64,000 nucleotides of DNA, taken from positions 6,510,001 through 6,574,000 of the forward strand of contig JAWMAR010000008.1 of assembly GCA_036785375.1 (NCBI GenBank), given 5' to 3'. Both the position numbers and the translations under genes were made by a program. Below are positions 11,935 to 24,392 of this stretch, one piece after another. Below the pieces are notes generated by a model. It was not told the DNA's origin. It searched no databases and saw only the letters and a list, made by a program, of their open reading frames with translations. Numbering within the stretch: position 1 is the stretch's first letter; the number at the start of each line of letters is the position of its first letter. This stretch comes from Leucoraja ocellata (lineage: Eukaryota).

Positions 11935-12405
11935 AAGGGTACAGAGAAGATTTAAGGAAGTTGCCAGCAGGGCTAGAGGGTCTGAGCTATAGGGAGAGAT
12001 TGAGCAGGCTGGGACTATTCCTTGGAGCGCAGAGGGATGAGGGGTGATCTTATTGAGGTGTATAAAATCATGAGAGGAATAGATCGGGTAGATGCACAGT
12101 CTCTTCCCCAGAGTAGGTGAATCGAGGACCAGAAGTCATAGGTTTAAGATGAAGGGGAATAGATTTAATAGGAATCTGAGAGATAACCTTTTCATACAAA
12201 GGGTGGTGAGTGTATGGAACAAGCTGTCAGAGGAGGTAGATGAAGCAGGAACTATCCTATGGATTTAAGAAACAGTTAGACGTACATGGATAGGACAGGT
12301 TGGAGGGATATGGATCAAACGCAGGCGGGGGGACTAGTGGAGCTGGGACATGTTGGTCAGTGTGGGTAAGTTGGGCTGAATGGGCCTGTTTCCACTATCT
12401 CATAG
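11935..12405 (+). mobile_element. CR1 (HER1-like) 3' fragment
   Basis: LEGLSYRERLSRLGLFLG...RGDLIEVYKIMRGIDRVD plus conserved 3' UTR. Confidence 0.88.
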
Positions 12406-12919
12406 AATCCCTTAGATTCTATATGAACCTAATATTTCATTACATTTGTTGTGGCCTTACTTACATGAGCTGCTTTGTTTAATCTATCATTCTCCTTTTC
12501 CACATCAACAAACATATTCAGTGCTCATTTTTATCTTGAAAATAAATGAATGAATGACACAGATATCAAATCTTTGCCCATCCATCACTGCAACATCCTT
12601 GGTCCTTTGAAAAAGTTATCAACCTTCCTCTTTTCTTACAAATGTGTGGAGCACACCGATAGCCCAATGTCTCTATCTTAATGAACATCCCCAGTTCCAG
12701 AAACTGCTGTCACTTGCAATCTTTTGAGAAACTGCCTGCAACTTTGATGCTATCTTTCCTCCTTTTAATATGGATTACATGTCAGCAGATACGATTTGGT
12801 CTTGCTATCATGTTCGGCACAGATATTGAGGGCTGAAGAGTCTTTTCTTATGCTGTACTGTACTGCTCTTTGCTTAATCTGAAAACAAGAACAGTATTTG
12901 TAGCAGTGTAACTGTTTCG

Positions 12920-13078
12920 GAAAGAACTGCAGGTGCTGGTTTAAATCGAAGGTCGAAAACAAAATGGTGGAGTAACTCAGCGGGACAGGCAGCATCTCTG
13001 GAGAGAAGGAATGGGTGATGTTTCTAGTAGAGACCCTTCTTCAGTACCGCTGAGCTATTCCAGCATTTTGTGTCTACC
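12920..13078 (-). mobile_element. Penelope-derived short insert with inverted segment and TSD
   Basis: gcag(t/g)gtaactgtt at 12903-12916 and 13079-13092; degenerate hammerhead; inverted piece at ~13047-13078. Confidence 0.8.
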
Positions 13079-13649
13079 GCAGGGTAACTGTTGTAGGATT
13101 CCTCTTTAAATTCTCAGTCTTTTCCAGTGAAAATTGTCACTTCATGGAACGTCTACACCAGAGGCAAAGACTAGGAGGAACTCAGCAAAGGTGCCAGATT
13201 TTTAAACTCATTAATCAATCAGACAAATTAAGACTAAGTTTACAATAATAGTTTGCGTATTACAGTAGATGTAGACACAGAAATCTGTTATGAGAATACT
13301 GATATTTCAAACTGTAGATTTAGAATTGTAGGGGAGCAAATAACTGTGACCTGACTTTTCCTGTCCAGCACCTAATCACGCTGTTCTCCATTCTCTTGTG
13401 GATATTTGGAATTGCACAATCTCCTAAATATCCACATTTCTTGCCTCCATGGACATCTGGCATTAGATTTGGACTGGAAGGCAGCAGAGGGAATGCTTAC
13501 TCAATGAAAAAAAGGTAGGTAAGATAAAGGAAAGTTAAATGGGGAAATAGAAAAGCTAGCTGTGTTGAAAGAAAATAAGTGATCTGATTTGGATGGGGTG
13601 AATCGTAAGGCAGAGAGCGTGTTACAAACTTCCAATCCTCCTGAAGTGC

Positions 13650-14970
13650 CCTTTCATAAAGAGTGATAACAAAACGCCCACCACTAATTATAGATCAGTC
13701 TGTTTAACCCCAATGATGGTGAAGTTCTTAGAGTCTGTAATCAGGGAAATAATTAAAAGGCACTTATAGAGGTCTTCATTATAAAGAAAGTCTGCACAGA
13801 TATATTAAAGAAAACTTGCATTTGACTAACCTGATTTAATTTTCTGATGAGGTAACAGAGATGGTCAATCAAGGTAATGCAGTAGATGTCATTTATTTAG
13901 ATTTTCAGAAAGCACTTGACGAAGTCCCACATAAAAAGCTGGTTAGTCAAACTGTGGCACATGGAGTAAAAGGGTCAGTGCCAGAGTGGATAAAGAACTG
14001 GCTTAATGATAGAAATCAGAGGGTGAAAAACAGTTGTTTTTCAGACTGGAATATGAAAGACAGTGATGTTCCCCATTTTTTTTGGATAAATTGTCAATGA
14101 TGAGGCATGAGCAGCAGGGCAAGATTTTGAAATGACACAAAAATGGGAGATGAGGTAGACAGTAAGGAGAATCGTGATATATTGCAGCAACACAGGCAGA
14201 ATGTGTAGACAATTTAGCGGGCGAAATTTAATGCAGAGATGTGTGAAATTATCCATTTTGGTAAAAAAGAATGAAGAACAACATTGTGGATGAAACGGCA
14301 TATTCTAATTTATATGGATGAGAGATATTTATGTTTGTGAAACTTTATAGCTAGTGGAACACATTGAGAATGTATTTGGTAAAGTCCATGGGATCTAAAG
14401 CTTCATAAACAGAGGCTTGGAGTGCAAAAGCAGTGTCATTATATTAAAGCTTTGTAACATTGGTTAGCCCACAAATAGAGTACCCCACGTGTAATTGTGG
14501 CCATCAAACATTAGGAAAGAGGTGAAAGTTTGAGAGAGGTTGAGGAAAACATTCACAACAATAGTTCCAGACATGAAGGATTTTAGCCACAATGTCTGAC
14601 CAGAGAAACTGGATTGTTGAACTCAGAGCAAAGGAGGTTGAAAAATGCTTTGACAAAAATGTAGAAGATTGGATTCATTAAAGAAATGTAGAGAATGACT
14701 AATCCCATTAGAGCACAGCTCAATAAGCGAAGACAGATTTACAGAGATTAGCATAAGGCATGGAATGATATGAAGAAATTAGCTTTTAAAAATGTAGAAA
14801 ATGGTTATGACCTAGAAACTGCTGCTCTATAAGGGTGATAAAGCCCATCAGGGTTCATAAAGGGAACTGAATAGAAAGTCAAGGGAAAATTATTTTCAGG
14901 TCAACAAGGAAAGATTGGAATAATGAAACTAACTAAATTGTACTATGTGGATCCGATGTGCCAAATGGAA
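13650..14970 (+). mobile_element. Old CR1 LINE ORF2 (RT), heavily decayed
   Basis: ORF 13861..14100 (VDVIYLDFQKALDEVPHKKL...WIKNWLNDRNQRV). Confidence 0.85.
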
Positions 14971-15182
14971 TTCTCCTATGCTTTAACAATCCCGTTTCTC
15001 GGAAAATAATTCATGTATTTTAGTGGAATATTCAAACCTACTGAGGTAGCCAAATGCTAAATACTTAAACTCACATTGGATCTGTGTTAACCAGATATGA
15101 TTGCAACTGTGATCCAGATTCAACAGCGCACCTGCACATGTGACAAAGTACATAGGTGACTGAGAAATGTAATAATACTTAC

Positions 15183-15283
15183 ACCAATACAGTGGCTCCC
15201 CAGCCTACAGCCTTTGATGCAGAGATGAGGCCTTCAGTCCATCGGGAGTTCTTGGCATAAAACTCCTTCTGGGACGCTGCCCC
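15183..15283 (-). CDS. HIP1: HIP1 exon (~26), 101 nt: GAASQKEFYAKNSRWTEGLISASKAVGWGATVL(V) (I/LWEQ block)
   Basis: ttaacag|GGG...GT|gtaagt. Confidence 0.97.
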
Positions 15284-16367
15284 CTGTTAACAAGAAGCAC
15301 AAATTTCTCATGGCATTTTCCCTCAACTTTCCCATCCTGTGCTGAAGGTTCAAACATCTTGCTAGATGTTCTGGACCAATTGTCACATCCAAATGCCCAT
15401 CCTCCATGCACCAGTGGCAAAAGGAAATGGAAATCCAGACTCATACAAATCACCTCAACATCAGTGCAGAGGAGGAATCTGTTTTGGGACCTTTGCCTGA
15501 ATCACAAATGATCAGAAGGGTGGCTTTCTGATAATTTGCTGAGGATAATATAGGATGACCTTGCAAAGAGGGCTAAATATATTCCCTGCAGTATTTTCTT
15601 GACCTTGTGCCATCACTTCATTGGACAAAATGGTAAAAGCGACTTGATGGAATTTTAGCTGGTTTATACATAAGTAGTCTTGCAAGTCTTTGCCACTGTT
15701 GCTATTACGTTGCCCCTGAAAATGTATTGATGACAAACCTATTTTAATAGAAGGGAGCACCATTATATACCGCCATTAACAGTAAAGTTCCTTCATACTT
15801 CACATGCGAGTAATCAGACAAAAATTGAAGACTAAGCACAAGACAATGATAATAGATGACTGAATGCTTGGATTAATGAAGGCTTTAAGATATTTAAATT
15901 GGGAAGAAATTGCAGAGCTCAAGGCTCAGGCATTGTAAGGAGCAGCACAGTGGGTGCAGTCAGCTGTGAGGCATGCACAAGAGGCTAGACATTACGTTCA
16001 GTTATGTTTTAATGTATATTATCAATAAGTTGTCTAGCAACCTAACAAGTGACATCTTATAATTGAAAAATTCTGTGCTTTCAACAAGAGGAGCAACGCA
16101 TTAGTGCCTCACAGTTCCAATGACTCATATCTACGTGGAGTTTGTGCATTCGCTTCATAACCTTGTGGATTTTTTCCCACATAATTGATCACTGTAATTT
16201 GCGCCTAGTGTGTGTGCGCGCGTGGTAATATCTGGGTTAATGAGAATGTGGGGAAAATAAAACGTGCTTGACATGAATGGGCGATTGATGGTTGCGTGGA
16301 TTCAGGAAGCCGAAGGGTTTGCTTTGGTGTCACATGACTCTATTAGCAAGTTTTACAAGGCTCTTAC

Positions 16368-16461
16368 CCTTCCACTCTCCACTATGTCTCTCTGTAGATC
16401 CTTCGATGACAGAACCAACACTTTGATAGCATGCATCAAGCCTGTGCAAGATTCAAGGATC
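16368..16461 (-). CDS. HIP1: HIP1 exon (~25), 94 nt: ILESCTGLMHAIKVLVLSSKDLQRDIVESGR
   Basis: cttgtag|G...AGG|gtaaga. Confidence 0.95.
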
Positions 16462-17051
16462 CTACAAGAAAGAATGAAGTTGACACAAACAAACTTGAGG
16501 ATGGAAATATGATTTAAAGTAGTCCATTATAATTCTGGTCAAAAGGAAGAAAAGAGCAGTGAACCAATCAATTTTATGTTTTGAACCAATGGCCATTACA
16601 CTAAGAGGAAATGGATCCATGCACAAAACAGCTGCAAAAGACTGACGGCTGGCTGGATCATACCACGGGAAGATTCAAAGCCTATAAGCTAATTAAATTA
16701 CTTCAAAAAAAGTTAAACGTAAAACAAAATAAACAAGTACTGCTATTCCCACCTCAGATCTAAAGGTGGTGTGAAAATGGTCCAATTTCACAGATTCATA
16801 CTGCCATCAGAGAATACTATTGAAGATCATGGCAGAGAGGTTCATTTGAGACATCCATAATCGGGTGGGCATTTAAGTTGCTGAACAGGGATAAGTTGCG
16901 ATTACACGGGAGATGGCTGACATTTCATCTCAGAGTCCCAAACAACTGCTTTTCCCATTGAAGAATGCAAGGCCCTTTGAGCCAGAAACTTGATATTGAA
17001 ACTGTACACAATGGTCAACAGTCCCAATTTGATGTAGGCTGATGCAATTAC

Positions 17052-17110
17052 CTCGCATTCACCTCCAGCTTTGCACCGGTGTCTCCTGCCCTTGACTTGT
17101 TCAGCATTTC
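17052..17110 (-). CDS. HIP1: HIP1 exon (~24), 59 nt: EMLNKSRAGDTGAKLEVNA(R)
   Basis: tatccag|GAA...AG|gtaatt. Confidence 0.95.
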
Positions 17111-17329
17111 CTGGATACAAGATTTAAATGGAAAATAAAACAGTTTTAATCATTGACAGCTTTGCAATCCAACAACTAAATGTCATCCTATTGAATTGGT
17201 CAGAATTTTAACGACAAAGAAATAGAATACTGTATCTTGTCAAACTACTCTTGCACTGCGACTTGGAAGAAAGTGCAGCTTCGCCAAATGTAACTGTTTG
17301 AAAGATACAGTGTTTCAGGTAAGATGTGT

Positions 17330-17580
17330 TTCAACTGTGTTGGGGGGGTCAAGAGGAAGACATGAGCAGTAGGGGGTATTTTACTTAAAATTGAAAAATT
17401 CAATGTTAATACCTTGGGATTGTGCTGATCTTCCAGTTTGCGTTGGCCTCACTCTAGCAATGGAGGAGGCCTAGGTCAGAAAGGTATTATGGGAATGGGA
17501 AGGGCAGTTAACGTGGTTAGCAACTGGCAGCTCCAGGAAGCCTTAGCGGATAGAGTGCAGTGTAATGACTGTCAAGTCTG
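17330..17580 (-). mobile_element. Penelope-like element, decayed GIY-YIG C-terminal fragment
   Basis: Similar to 30040-30240 (ggcctcactct...aatggaggaggcc.agg.cagaaa...gggaatgggaagg). Confidence 0.65.
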
Positions 17581-18239
17581 AGAAGGGCAAATAAGGCACA
17601 GAAGACCGACAAATGATAGAATACCCGCATTATACAGATGGAGAGTACATGCACAAACAGGCGAAGTTGGAAGATGGATATATCAAGTGGTTAAGGCAGC
17701 ATGAGAGATGTTTTATTTTAATGATCAAGGTATAGAAAAAAAAAGAAAAAAGGTCATGCTAAAACAGTGTAAGGCACCAGTTAGACTACCGTTGGAATAC
17801 TATAAACATTTCCATATTATACGATGGTGCTAGAGAAAGTACAGAGGAGATTCATGAGAACATTTCCACAGCTGGATAATTCAATCAATGAGGAAAGATT
17901 CACTGGGCTGGGTTTGTTTGCTTTGGAACAGAGGAGGACATGGAAAGATTTATAGGTATTATATAAAAGCACAGGTCCACTGGTTAAGCTGAACAGCAAT
18001 AATCCATTTCCCTTAGAAAGAGGTCAATAGAGGTAAAGATTAATATAAGCAATAAGATAATCAGGAAACTGAGGAATTTTATTTCACCTGAAGTGCGACA
18101 GAAGGCTGGAATTCACTGCCTGATAGGACAGTTGGGACAGAAATCCTCATCACTTTTAAAATATATCTGGATAAACACATTCAGGGAACTGGGTATCTGA
18201 GTGCATGATTCACAGTAGACTATATGCAGGTACATTCAT

Positions 18240-18860
18240 TAAGAAATCTCATGGAATGTCATCATAAGAGTTAATTTGCAAGTTGAATTGGTAGTAAGGA
18301 TAGCAAATGCAATGTTAGCATTTATTTTGAGAGCACTGGAAAATAAATAAACAGGGATGTAATGCCGAGGGTTTGCATTTGTAGTATTGTGAGCAGTTTT
18401 GGGACGAACCTGCAAACTCTACACAGTCAGCACCCGAGGTCAGGATCGAATCAGGGTCTCTGGCATTGTGAGGCAGCAGCTCTACCAGCTGTGCCACTGT
18501 GCCCTCCTTCGGCATGACTTGATTGATACAAGGTTCTGTTGTCTTGATATGGTGGAAATGGAAGGAATGTTTCCTCGTAGGACAATCTGAACTCAAGATT
18601 ACAGTTTAAAATTATGGAGTTGTCCCTTTGAGACAGAGCTGAGGCTAATTATTTCCACTGAATATTGTGAATCATTTGAACACTCTTCCGCAAAGTCCAG
18701 TGAAAGATGAATCTTTGAATATCTCTAAGGCGTTAGTAGATACATTCTTGTTAAGCAGGGGATGAAAGGTTTTCAAGGGTAGATATCACAATCATATCAT
18801 CCATGATCTTATTAAACGGTGGAAGGTGCTTGAGGAGTCAAGGGGGCTCCTCCTGCACAC
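18240..18860 (+). mobile_element. Old CR1 3' region with an antisense V-SINE 5' fragment inserted (~18400-18503)
   Basis: gcaaatgcaatgttagcatttatt CR1 motif; the insert is the reversed SINE head ggcacagtggcacagctggtagagctgctgcctcac. Confidence 0.7.
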
Positions 18861-19255
18861 AATTTATTGGTTTGTACATGTGATTGCCATTACCTACATA
18901 GGTACTGACAGAGCTGGGAAGGAGGGCTTAATCCAAATAGCTTATTTTGACAGGTCGAAGACTCAATGGACCAAATTCTTCCCTTTGCTGCTGCAAATTA
19001 CTGAGGTTCTAAGGTTATGCCCGCTGAGAGATGGCATCTCAATTTTCTAAACTCGAGGAAACATATCCTTTTTACACATTCTTTTCTCACAAACAGACGT
19101 ATATCCGAAAAATTGATCTTGCCTTTGGGCAAGTACACTCTTCATGTTCAACTATATCCTCTCCTCCAGAAATCCGCTCTCGGCGTAACCGAAAACCTTT
19201 GTACAATTTTTGTGTTCTAGTTAGTGAAATGGGCACAGATACTGAACCAAATCAC

Positions 19256-19366
19256 CTCTATCCTCGCAGTAGCTGCCTCTACAGCTGCTGATGTGGAACA
19301 CATCTCCTGCTCCACAAGGTCACCCAGTTCTTTTTGTTTGATGTCTCTTCCTTTGGGCCTCAGTTC
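19256..19366 (-). CDS. HIP1: HIP1 exon (~23), 111 nt: ELRPKGRDIKQKELGDLVEQEMCSTSAAVEAATARIE (upstream helix of THATCH)
   Basis: ttttag|GAA...GAG|gtgatt. Confidence 0.95.
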
Positions 19367-19692
19367 CTAAAATGAACGTATATACAACAGTCAGTCGCGT
19401 AACAAGGGAGAGAGAATTTATAGCAAACTCAGTCAATATGGAATTTCATAAGCTGCACAAATAGTGGTATTTGATAGAGATATGTTTTATCTTAAATGTT
19501 GGTGTTACACATTGACAAGACATCCCAGCCCCAAGTCTTGAACTGTGTTACTTCAGCTGATCGCAGGTGGAGAACCAGTGTGGGTAACTCAGGGTGGATT
19601 CAGCAACCTTCCCGCAGATTAGGTTGGCTCAATCTGCTCCCAGCTTCGTCCAAAGTTTTTCCAAACTTGCAGGAACAGACTCAGCTTCTTAC

Positions 19693-19829
19693 CTCTGCGA
19701 TGGCGTTTATCTGGTTCAGACTCTCTCTCACTTTTGTGCAATCTGCAATGCTCAGTGTTGTAGAGTCTTTCAAATTGGAGAAGTAGGAGAGCACGTCACT
19801 GCCACACCGCTTACACGCATCCAACAGGT
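19693..19829 (-). CDS. HIP1: HIP1 exon (~22), 137 nt: LLDACKRCGSDVLSYFSNLKDSTTLSIADCTKVRESLNQINAIAE
   Basis: ttttttag|AC...GAG|gtaaga; within ORF 19681..19911. Confidence 0.94.
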
Positions 19830-20052
19830 CTAAAAAATTGAAAACAGAACCAATGTAACGTCTGAGCAGAATGGTATGACCAAGATCATGAATGCAAAAC
19901 ACCGTGGCCAACTGGTTTATTCCAAGTTTTCTACTTATTTGCTCAGTTTAGACTAAATGCACAGTTCTTCTTTAAACTTCTAAGTTATGGAACAAAAAAT
20001 GATCAGCCTGACTCATAAAGACCAGCTGATCAGACGAATGAACTCCAGTTGT

Positions 20053-20265
20053 AGAACAAAAAACTACAGATGGTGATTTGCAAAAACAAAGTGCTGGAGA
20101 AACTTAGTGGGTCAGCCAGCATCTCTGCATGACATGGAGCGGCGACACTTCAGGTCGGAATCCTTCTTCAGACTTTCCTAGTCTGAAGAAAGGGCCCATT
20201 CCAAAACATCACCTATCCATGTTCTCCAGAGATGCTGCCTGACCCGCTGAGTTACTCCAGGGCTG
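20053..20265. repeat. Head-to-head inverted pair of Penelope-derived elements (~80-bp arms, 5-nt spacer)
   Basis: Arms ~20094-20174 and 20180-20260; centre ttcttcagact-ttcct-agtctgaagaa. Confidence 0.8.
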
Positions 20266-21836
20266 TATGTTTCTTAAAGCTCGGCTATGATTCCCTTGTG
20301 GCTAAACAGTCACCACCCTCGCCCAAGACTCAGATCTAAGATAAGGTGCTTGGGAGTGCAGCACCTATTTAACTACCCACAATATTGCACCAAAAATTCA
20401 GAACACCAGGAATAAACACAAGAAAGAAAAATCAAAGAAGATCCTCATTATACCTAAATCTTTTTTTTTTAAAGATGCCCTTTATTGACAATTTATCACT
20501 GCTTTTTTTTGAAGAAAGAGCAGAAAATTCCAAGATCTACTTGCACCTAAAACACCATTTAACAGTCAGACAATTCAAATCAACCTTGATTGAGGAGGAA
20601 ATGATTAGAGGAAAAATAAGGTTCAATCCCAAGTTCTGGTTGAACTTGAACTGAGCTCACATTGCTGCTATTCTGGGAATGATGTGCACTCGGGTTTGAA
20701 TCATTGATGACTGAAAGGGTGATTCTGCAAACATACTGCCATGTGGATAGAATATCAAAATCAATTTGGATGAAATATCTCTCCCAACCAATAACCCCAT
20801 CCCAAGTAAGACTATGTTCTGAAGGATGCAAAGTGCTGGAGCAACTCAGCAGATCAGGCAGCATCTCTGAAGAACATGGATAGGTGACGTTGCGAGTCGG
20901 GATGCTTCTTTGGACTCATGCTCAATACTTCAAGACTATGTTCTGGATCCCTCAAAGATTCATTAAACTACTTTAGTGAAATTATCTATGTGCAATTATT
21001 TACTTGCTGAAATTAAGAAATTATTTCCAAATTACCCATATTTTCTGGGGAAGCTCATGACAAGAAATTAGGAAATGTAGAAAAGATCGATACAGTGGGA
21101 AAACTGATTATGTCAGACAAATTCCACGTATTTACTGTGCAATCAAAATATCTGGATATTTCTTAATCACCACCATTCGTTCCAAATCACATGCAAGAAC
21201 CCACCATCTCTAGGCCAACAAATGAGACAATAGTGGCTCTTCGTTTGAAAAATTGCAAGGAAGTTGGCAAGAACAAAGTGTTCCACATTAAGCAACTCAC
21301 TCGCAGACAGTAGACGGACAGCATGACTCACTGTCTGTAGCCAGGCCTTCCTTGGGTTACGAATGCCCGATTAATGGGCATTCTTATGTACAAACTATCT
21401 CCCATATTATTAAATTCAAAACTCTGACATACATACCCAAGTTTCTTCCTATGAAGTTCAGAACTCGTTCTTTTCTCTCCTTCCATTTATAGTCATTGTT
21501 CTTTCTTATCATAGAATCACAGAGAGTCCGAAACATGCAACATGAAAAAGGACCTTCGGCCAAACTCCTCCCTGCTAGTCCATTTGCCCACATTTGGCCT
21601 AGATCCCCCTAAACATTTCCTATCCCTGAACCTGTCTTAATGTTTTATGTACCTGCCTCAACTACTTCCTCTGGCAGCTGGTTCCATATACATTCCATAT
21701 AACATTACCAACTGTCCGCAGACAATGGGTTAAGAACGTGACTGCCATCTGAAGCCAATGGGTTAAAAGCTTTGCTGACCGGCAGCAGACATTGGATTTA
21801 TAACACTACCATCTGCAGACAAAAGACTTTACTTAC

Positions 21837-21944
21837 TATCCGCCTGCTCCATTGGAACCATATGGGATGTGGCGCTACCTTGAACAATGGTGTCACTCAT
21901 CAAATGGGTAAAGAGGGTCACTGACTGCAGCAGAGGGCTAGCGT
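21837..21944 (-). CDS. HIP1: HIP1 exon (~21), 108 nt: ASPLLQSVTLFTHLMSDTIVQGSATSHMVPMEQAD(N)
   Basis: ttttcag|AC...A|gtaagt; within ORF 21829..22032. Confidence 0.94.
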
Positions 21945-23244
21945 CTGAAAAATAAATAAATATTTGAGAATTTAAAAACAGCGCAGTTGTGCAAAAAATT
22001 AGATACAACTTGCATGATGTACAATGAGCCACTGTTTTTATTATAAATTTACTCCCTCTTTATCATCCCCCCCCCCCCCCCCCCCCCCCCACTGAAAGTT
22101 TTGACGTTGCCGGCATGCACTTTGGTGCAAGTCACTCTGTGTCTGGAACTTCATTAGACATGAAAATCACATCCGTAAAAGAAGCACGTTCAAAAATAGA
22201 AACTTTACTGCCAGCTCGTTTCAATTTGCAACTCCTCAGGAGACAAAGCATTCCATATTCACACCCAGTAAGTCTTAAAACACTTTTTTTGATATGGCTC
22301 GATAAGTGGCAAGGAACATTAATGACATTTAAGTGCCACCAGGCGGCACAGAGTAAAAAATGCTGGCATTCAGAAGAAAATGGGTAATCTTGCACAAAAA
22401 TAACCCAGACGTTGTCATATTTATCAGGCGACTATGAAGACAAATTACTTTAGTAATTACTGGAGAGGGTTTGCAGTAAAACAATAATGAAATGTGACAG
22501 CATTTTCATGAGGCTTTGGTGCAATCAAACGTTGATTGTTGTGTGGTTTTGTTAACTCATTAAGGAAGGATATGTTTGCTGTACAATAATGCAACTAAGA
22601 GTTCATGGGATTCCCTGCAGTGATGAAACAGCAAGACTAGAAAACAAAAGTGACACTTGTGTTCTCTGGAATTTACGAGGACAAAAAATGTTATATTTGA
22701 TCACGTAGTTGTTGAGAGGCTGATACCTGCCAAGGGTCTAGAACTTTAGTCAGAGCCTGAGAGTAAGGGTCACTTATTTGGAGCCAATGGAAAGAAGTGT
22801 TCACTCAAAGATTTTGATCGTCGTAATTCTCCATCATTAAGTAGATTCAAGCCTGAGATTGATAGCTTTTTGAACCTTAAGGGAATGAAGGAATATGGCG
22901 ATAGTGTTGAAATGTGGATTTATGTTGGGACATCTTACAGTCTTGGTCGGTTGAGTAGCCAGTTCCCAATCCTATTTCTTATGGTAGTAAGAGGCTCTTG
23001 TGAAGTACTGAATGAATCCCAGATTAGCAGAGATACCATTTTTCTGATTAATGCTAAACCGAGGTCTTGTCTGCCCTTTAATGGATTCTGAAACAAAAGG
23101 TATTCAATCAATAAGTTTGAGTAGCTCCCCCCAATTGCACAGGGTTCATTCTTCCACCAACATCACCAAAACAGACAATCAGATCCCGATCTTTGTGTGT
23201 GTTTCTGACAGTGTCCAGTTTTCACACACAGTCCAGATTTTGAT

Positions 23245-23660
23245 CGGAGTCTCTTGCCCAGAGTAGGTGAATTGAGGACCAGAGGACATACGTTTAAGGT
23301 GAAGGGGAAAAGATTTAACAAGAATCTGAGAGGTAACTTTTTCACACAAAACGTGGTGGATGTATGGAACAAGCTGCCAAATGAGGTAGCTGAGGCAGGG
23401 TCTATCCTACCATTTAATATGCAGTTATACAGGTCCACGTATAGTAGACACAAAATGCTGGAGTAACTGAGCAGGACAGGCAGCATCTCTGGAAAGAGGG
23501 AATGGGAGACGTTTCGGGTCAAGACCCTTCTTCAGACTCCTATGTCCATGGATAGGACATGTTTGGAGGGATATGGACCAAATGCTGGCAGGTGAGACAA
23601 GTGTGCTGGGACATGTTGGCCCGTGTGGGCAAGTGGGCCGAAGGGCCTGTTTCCACACCA
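23245..23660 (+). mobile_element. CR1 3' fragment with a nested antisense Penelope-derived insert (~23445-23540)
   Basis: ORF 23254..23466 (TRGHTFKVKGKRF..NLRGNFFTQ.VV.VWN.LP); the insert interrupts the 3' UTR. Confidence 0.85.
23508..23535 (-). ncRNA. Minimal hammerhead ribozyme motif (intact core), sense to HIP1 pre-mRNA
   Basis: CTGAAGA-A-GGGTC tt GACCC-GAAAC-GTC. Confidence 0.6.
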
Positions 23661-24392
23661 GGCGCTGCGTCTGTGGCTCACCTGCAGTCTGTCTGTCTTT
23701 CTTCCTTCTTTGTCTTATAGTTAATGTTAGATGTATGTAATAGTCAATTTTTAGTTGTGTATTATGTTGGGGGTGGTGGGGGAAACTTGTCTTTAATCTC
23801 TTTCTTCAACGGAGATACAACTTTTTTCCGTGTCATATCACCGTTTGCGCTGCGGACTAACATCGAGGAGCTGGGCGGCCTCCAGCTGGGATCGACCTTG
23901 AGGGCTCCGGTTGCAGAGCTTGTGGTCTCGCGGTGCAGGCTGACTTTCGGAGTCTGTGGTGGCGCTGCGATTGAGGCTGCCACTCGACTTTCCGAGGCTT
24001 CGGAGGATCCTTGGTTGGAGAGTGACTTTTCGGGAGCTCCAGTCACAGCAGCTTCATCTGCCCCAAATCGCAAGGCTTGAATCAGCCCGTTCGCGGGACC
24101 TTTCATTACCCGGCGCGGCTCGGCCGCGGGATCTTCCATCTCCTGGCGGGGGCTTCAATATCGGGAGCCTCGATCGCCTCGACGCAGCAGTTTGACTGTC
24201 TGACCGCGGGAGATGAAGCAAGGAAGAAATAAGACTTTTTTACCTTCCATCACAGTGAGGAGGTGCCTGGAGGAGAGTCACTGTGATGTAATTGTGTGTT
24301 TTGTTTGCTTTTTATTGTTATGACTGTATGAGAACAACATTTTGTTCACATTTTTTGAATGACAAATGAGTTCAATTCAATTTGATTCAATA
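23659..24392 (+). mobile_element. GC/CpG-rich non-autonomous retroposon with (TTCAA)n tail, inserted in a CR1 3' end
   Basis: Splits the CR1 terminus gggcctgtttccacac|...|tatcactctatgactc; hairpin catcacagtga...tcactgtgatg at ~24248-24288; tail aatgacaaat..(ttcaa)n. Confidence 0.65.

Noticed and set aside
23724-24195. CpG island / alternative promoter or nested gene
   Set aside because: The CpG-rich block lies inside an insert that splits a CR1 end and has a retroposon tail, so it is best explained as a young mobile element.
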